64,000 bases of DNA from Rhizophagus irregularis (taxonomy: Eukaryota), in assembly GCF_026210795.1 (NCBI RefSeq), contig NC_089431.1, forward strand, positions 1,302,001-1,366,000. Reading direction: 5' to 3'. The position numbers and the translations under genes were made by a program. This document shows, piece by piece, positions 59,711 through 64,000 of the stretch. Every line of letters begins with the position of its first letter. Positions within the stretch are counted from its first letter, which is position 1. The notes under the pieces were generated by a model. The model made no database searches, was not told the origin of the DNA, and saw nothing but the letters and a program-made list of their open reading frames with translations.

Positions 59711-61088
59711 AAGAAACCAACAAAGTATTATACTGAAATAAACAAAAAAAGATATTTACAAAAGGATTCATATTATCTTTATCAAAAAAAAAAAATACAG
59801 TAACCTATAAAAGATATCAGCCATTCCAAATTAATTTTTAGTTTACATCTTTCCCCTTCTCTATTTTTAAAAATTTTAAAATAATTTAAACATATATATT
59901 CACATATATTTAAAATAGCTCCTCTCTTTTCTGAAATTGAATATATCAAATATTTTTGATTTTACTGAAAACTTCCAGAAATTTTAATATGTTTAAGTAT
60001 TATGTTTGTTTAAATTATTCTCTTCCTCCTTCTCAAATTTTTCAGCCAGAAAAAATATTAAACTAATTATTAGTTTGGAATAGCCTGATTAAGACTAATA
60101 GACCGGATCTGTATTTAATTAAACAAAAATATTAAAAATTAGAAAATCTACATTTTTGAATTGTTCAATAATGCAAAAAATCTGAAATATAAAATATCTA
60201 TGAGAAATTTCAGTTTTCTCTGATAAAGTTAAAATTGAGACATACATCAATATTTTATTATTAAAGTTAATTTAATTTTATTTTCTGTACAACTAGTCAT
60301 ATATATGATTTTTATTTTAGATTAAATAGTTATCTCTAACATACTAAAAAAATTCTATCATATATATTATATGTGATTTAGCTTACTTATAAAGTTTGGC
60401 ATATAAAACCAAAGTGGAGTTGGCTAGGTTGGCTTGGTTTACAGTTTTTTGATTTAAACTACATTGTATATAGTTTCTTGTAGTTTATACTAAACCTTTA
60501 TTTACTCTACAGAACTGATATCATCAATTGAACCATACATTAGTATTAATTTCATAAGTATAGGTATAATATTTGTAAAGAAATTACATTTTTCATAGTA
60601 ATACTAACTTCAAATTTTTATTTTTCTATTTGCTAATTTCAGAATATAACTTATCATTTTGGTCAAATAAGTTCAATATCCTTTATTAATTGAAAATTAT
60701 TTAGCAAAATTAAATTACTTATATATCAATTTATAAGTATAAGTATAATACTTGTAGAAAAAATTATTACCCCTGGTGTATTTCACCTTTAGTGAGCAGT
60801 AATATCATCTTTATTAAAATAATTAACTATTAGTAATGATTTAAAACTAGAGGTTTTTATTCTTATCAAAATGTGAATAAACTTTGCATTATGCATTTAA
60901 TTAATAATTGGAACTTTTACAAAATTTGGCATTTGTAATAAATTGTAATAATTTGTATATTTAACCAGTTGAGTAAACCATATATTAATTTATCAATTAT
61001 TACTAGGATGACTTCAATATCTTTAGTAATATGTTTATCTTTTCCATAAAATATAATATCAATAATCATAAGAAATCAATAAAGGAGT

Positions 61089-62612
61089 TTAAATATTTAT
61101 ATACTATTATTAAAGTTATATACCATGAATTAGTAACATATTTTAACAATAAATAAATAAATTAATAAAATATATTTCTTACCTTCATAGCCCATTCAGG
61201 ATGAATTGTACCAACCATTTCAATAGAATTAATGACTTGACGAATTTCATCTAAATCTTCATTAGTAAGACGTATATTTTGAGTATTAAAATTTTCTTCC
61301 AAATATTTTATTCTTTTGGTGCCAGGAATAATAATAATATTATCTCTCTAATTAATAATAATTAAATCAATTTAGTATTAAAAAAATTCATATTTTGGTA
61401 AAAAAAAAAAGATACTAACTTGAGCCAAAGTCCAAGCTAAACAAAGTTGACTTGGAGTAAGACCTTTCTTGGTAGAAAGTTCTTGTAATTTATATACGAG
61501 TTCTAAATTCTTTTTAAAATTTTCACCCTGAAAACGCGGAATTTTTCTCCTCAAATCGTTTGGTTCAAGATCATCAAAAGACTTAATCGTACCCTTACAA
61601 AAATATTATGTATTTGTTTAGATATAAAATATATTATTTTATTATAAGAACAAAAATAGTTTTTAATTACGCTTAAGAATCCACGTCCGAGAGTACCGAA
61701 TGCCACGATGGTAACACCTAATTCACGACAAGCTTCCATAATTCCATTATTTTCAATATTAATAAACCAAGGACCATATTCAACCTAATTGATATGTTTC
61801 AAATGTTAAATAATATAATAATTAAATATAATTGATTTAATTTAAATTTACCTGAATTGCAGAAATAGGATGAACCTTATATGCTCTTCTAAGAGTTTCA
61901 GCAGAACATTCAGAAATTCCAAGGTATTTAACTTTACCTTCTTTAACAAGTTCTGCCATGGCTTTAACAGTCTCTTCAATAGGCCTAAATAATTTTTTTC
62001 ATTACATTAAAATAAAAACTAAAAATTCCTAAAAAGAATTTTTTGATTTTTTTTAGAAATTTACGTATTCGGATCCACACGATGTTGATAATAAAGATCA
62101 ATATAATCCACTCCTAATCTTTTTAAAGATCTTTCACAAGCTTGTCGAACATATTCACGTTTTCCTGATACTTCGTAAGATTGATCGGGTTTACGAATAT
62201 AACCAAATTTTGTACAAATAAATATTTTGTCACGATGTTCTTTAAGAAATTGCGAAAGTAATCTTTCGTTATGACCATCAATTCCATAGATATCCTAAAT
62301 AATTTTGTTAAAAATTTACTGAAAATTATGGGAGGTTACATTAATTACATAGTATATATGCATGTATTAATACTTGCAGAAGTATCCCAAAAAGTGCAGC
62401 CTATTTCAATTGCACGATTTAAAACTTTTAAACTTTCGGTTGAATCAGATGTTCCATAAATTGCGCTAGTTTCCTTTCATTTTTTTGGAAAGATTAAATA
62501 AGATTAAAACTTGGTAAATGGATATAAAGATTATTAAATTTTATACCATGCATCCTAAACCGATAGCTGGAATCTTAACACCAGTTTTACCAATTTCACG
62601 AAGTTGGACCAT
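61089..62612 (-). CDS. Aldo-keto reductase (YakC/pyridoxal reductase-like); multi-exon, with GC-AG intron 62377-62295
   Basis: [83 protein letters not shown]. Confidence 0.93.
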
Positions 62613-62978
62613 TTTATACGTATTATGTAAAAATATTTTCCTTTTTTTTTAATTCAATGAAAGTTTTTTTTTTAATAAATTCCCGTAATAAAATTTATTT
62701 GCTATAAAAAAGGGGCGAAACTTTTATATTGCTCAAGGCGGTGAATTGTTAATCCGAAATTTTATTATTTTATATTATATGATTTACGGACGAGTCCCGA
62801 GACCGTTCGGGCATGTGATTTTGTGTTCCGGATATTCCGAACCGTAATCTTTTAAATTCAAAACTGCTAAGCTGTCTGGACATTGGATGGAATTGCGAAG
62901 TATATGATAAAATATAGGTACAATATCGCTATCATATACGATTTGGTAATACTATTATAGCATGGTTGTTTACTTACA

Positions 62979-63153
62979 CCCTGTAAAAAAGTCGATCCGT
63001 TTTTTATATTCCATCCTTTTTCCGTAAAAGGCTCATATTTCCGGAATTAGTAATCTTATATCACGGAATTTATCGAATTATTTACATTTTCCGTGAATGG
63101 ATCCGTGAAAGGCGGAGTTTTTACAGAAATAACGGATAAAATTTTTTATAGGG
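62979..63153. repeat. Possible small inverted-repeat element (MITE-like), 175 bp
   Basis: CCCTGTAAAAAAGTCGATCCGTT versus reverse complement of the right end, CCCTATAAAAAATTTTATCCGTT (19/23); no clear TSD. Confidence 0.45.
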
Positions 63154-64000
63154 ACAATTATGAACTAAATATTAAAATAAAAAATTATAGTTGTAATATA
63201 CCGAAAGTTTAATGTAGACCAATTGATTTTGAAGATTAGAAAGATATTCTGTATTTAGTTACGTTACGACCAAAAATAAAAGGATTCTTAGTGAAAGGAA
63301 TCAAGTAATTTATAACTCACGTATTATATTGAAATGTATAGCTTTTAATAAAAACAATTTCAAATATCGCTGCTATGATGAAATCACTACCAGTGATAAT
63401 TATAATTAGATAATAGAAATAGTTATTTCACGGGAAACCGGTAAATAATTGATCATCACGGATAAGATCAAGGCTGATCTATGTAATAACTGGTTTATAC
63501 CACGGAGACTAACGTATACAATTTTAAACCAATTTTAAACTGATGAAACTTTTTTAGCTTATCCTTTTTAAATAAACATCATCCATAAAAATATCAATAA
63601 GAAAATCACGGAAAACGTGGTATAATTTTAAATAAGCATTCAAAAGTTATTGCATATATATATATGTTGTGCGTCAGATGCTAGCCCATTATCGGCCCAA
63701 TATTATAATGCCTTAAGTGGGTTAGCCAGCATTACTAGGCCAGCCGTTCATCGGTATCATATATATTTATTAAAAATTAGGTAAGTTCTAAAGTTGCATT
63801 CTATAATATAAGCTTCAAATAAATAGTAAATAGTGAAGTTTATATTTGAAGGAACCTTTGGTACTTTTTTTATAACTTATGAGTACACAACTGATATCTG
63901 TGAAATTATAATACTTCAAAGATATAATATATATAAATTAAATAAAGAACTGTAATAATAAGATCAGTTTCATTATTCTATTATACATGCTATTAAAATC

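Overview
AT-rich, intron-rich fungal genomic DNA. It is most consistent with an arbuscular mycorrhizal fungus (Glomeromycotina, Rhizophagus-like), inferred from the tyrosine-kinase-like kinase paralogues, the TLDc gene, short AT-rich introns and Crinkler-like remnants. The window has three parts. (1) About 1-29 kb is accessory: a vWA-TLDc-transmembrane gene whose vWA domain appears circularly permuted, three paralogous TKL kinase genes each broken differently (young Tc1 DD34E transposon inside coding exon 2; one 1-nt frameshift; multiple stops and deletions), decayed genes, a pogo/Tigger transposase remnant and a hAT-type MITE. (2) About 29.6-53.1 kb is a compact housekeeping block: SLC35F5/THI74-like transporter, NDUFA12, YPT7/RAB7, WD40-type ATG16, BBOX/AIM17-like dioxygenase, RPP40, CHMP7, CTK1/CDK12-like kinase, COX13 and TAF13. 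(3) About 53.3-64 kb is decayed, CpG-poor sequence with a Crinkler-like pseudogene and pogo-type MITEs, followed by an aldo-keto reductase gene with a GC-AG intron. The two most interesting signals are the permuted vWA/MIDAS domain and the Tc1 transposase split at an A9 run, which could be programmed slippage or an assembly error. All gene models were spliced by eye; no database searches were run.
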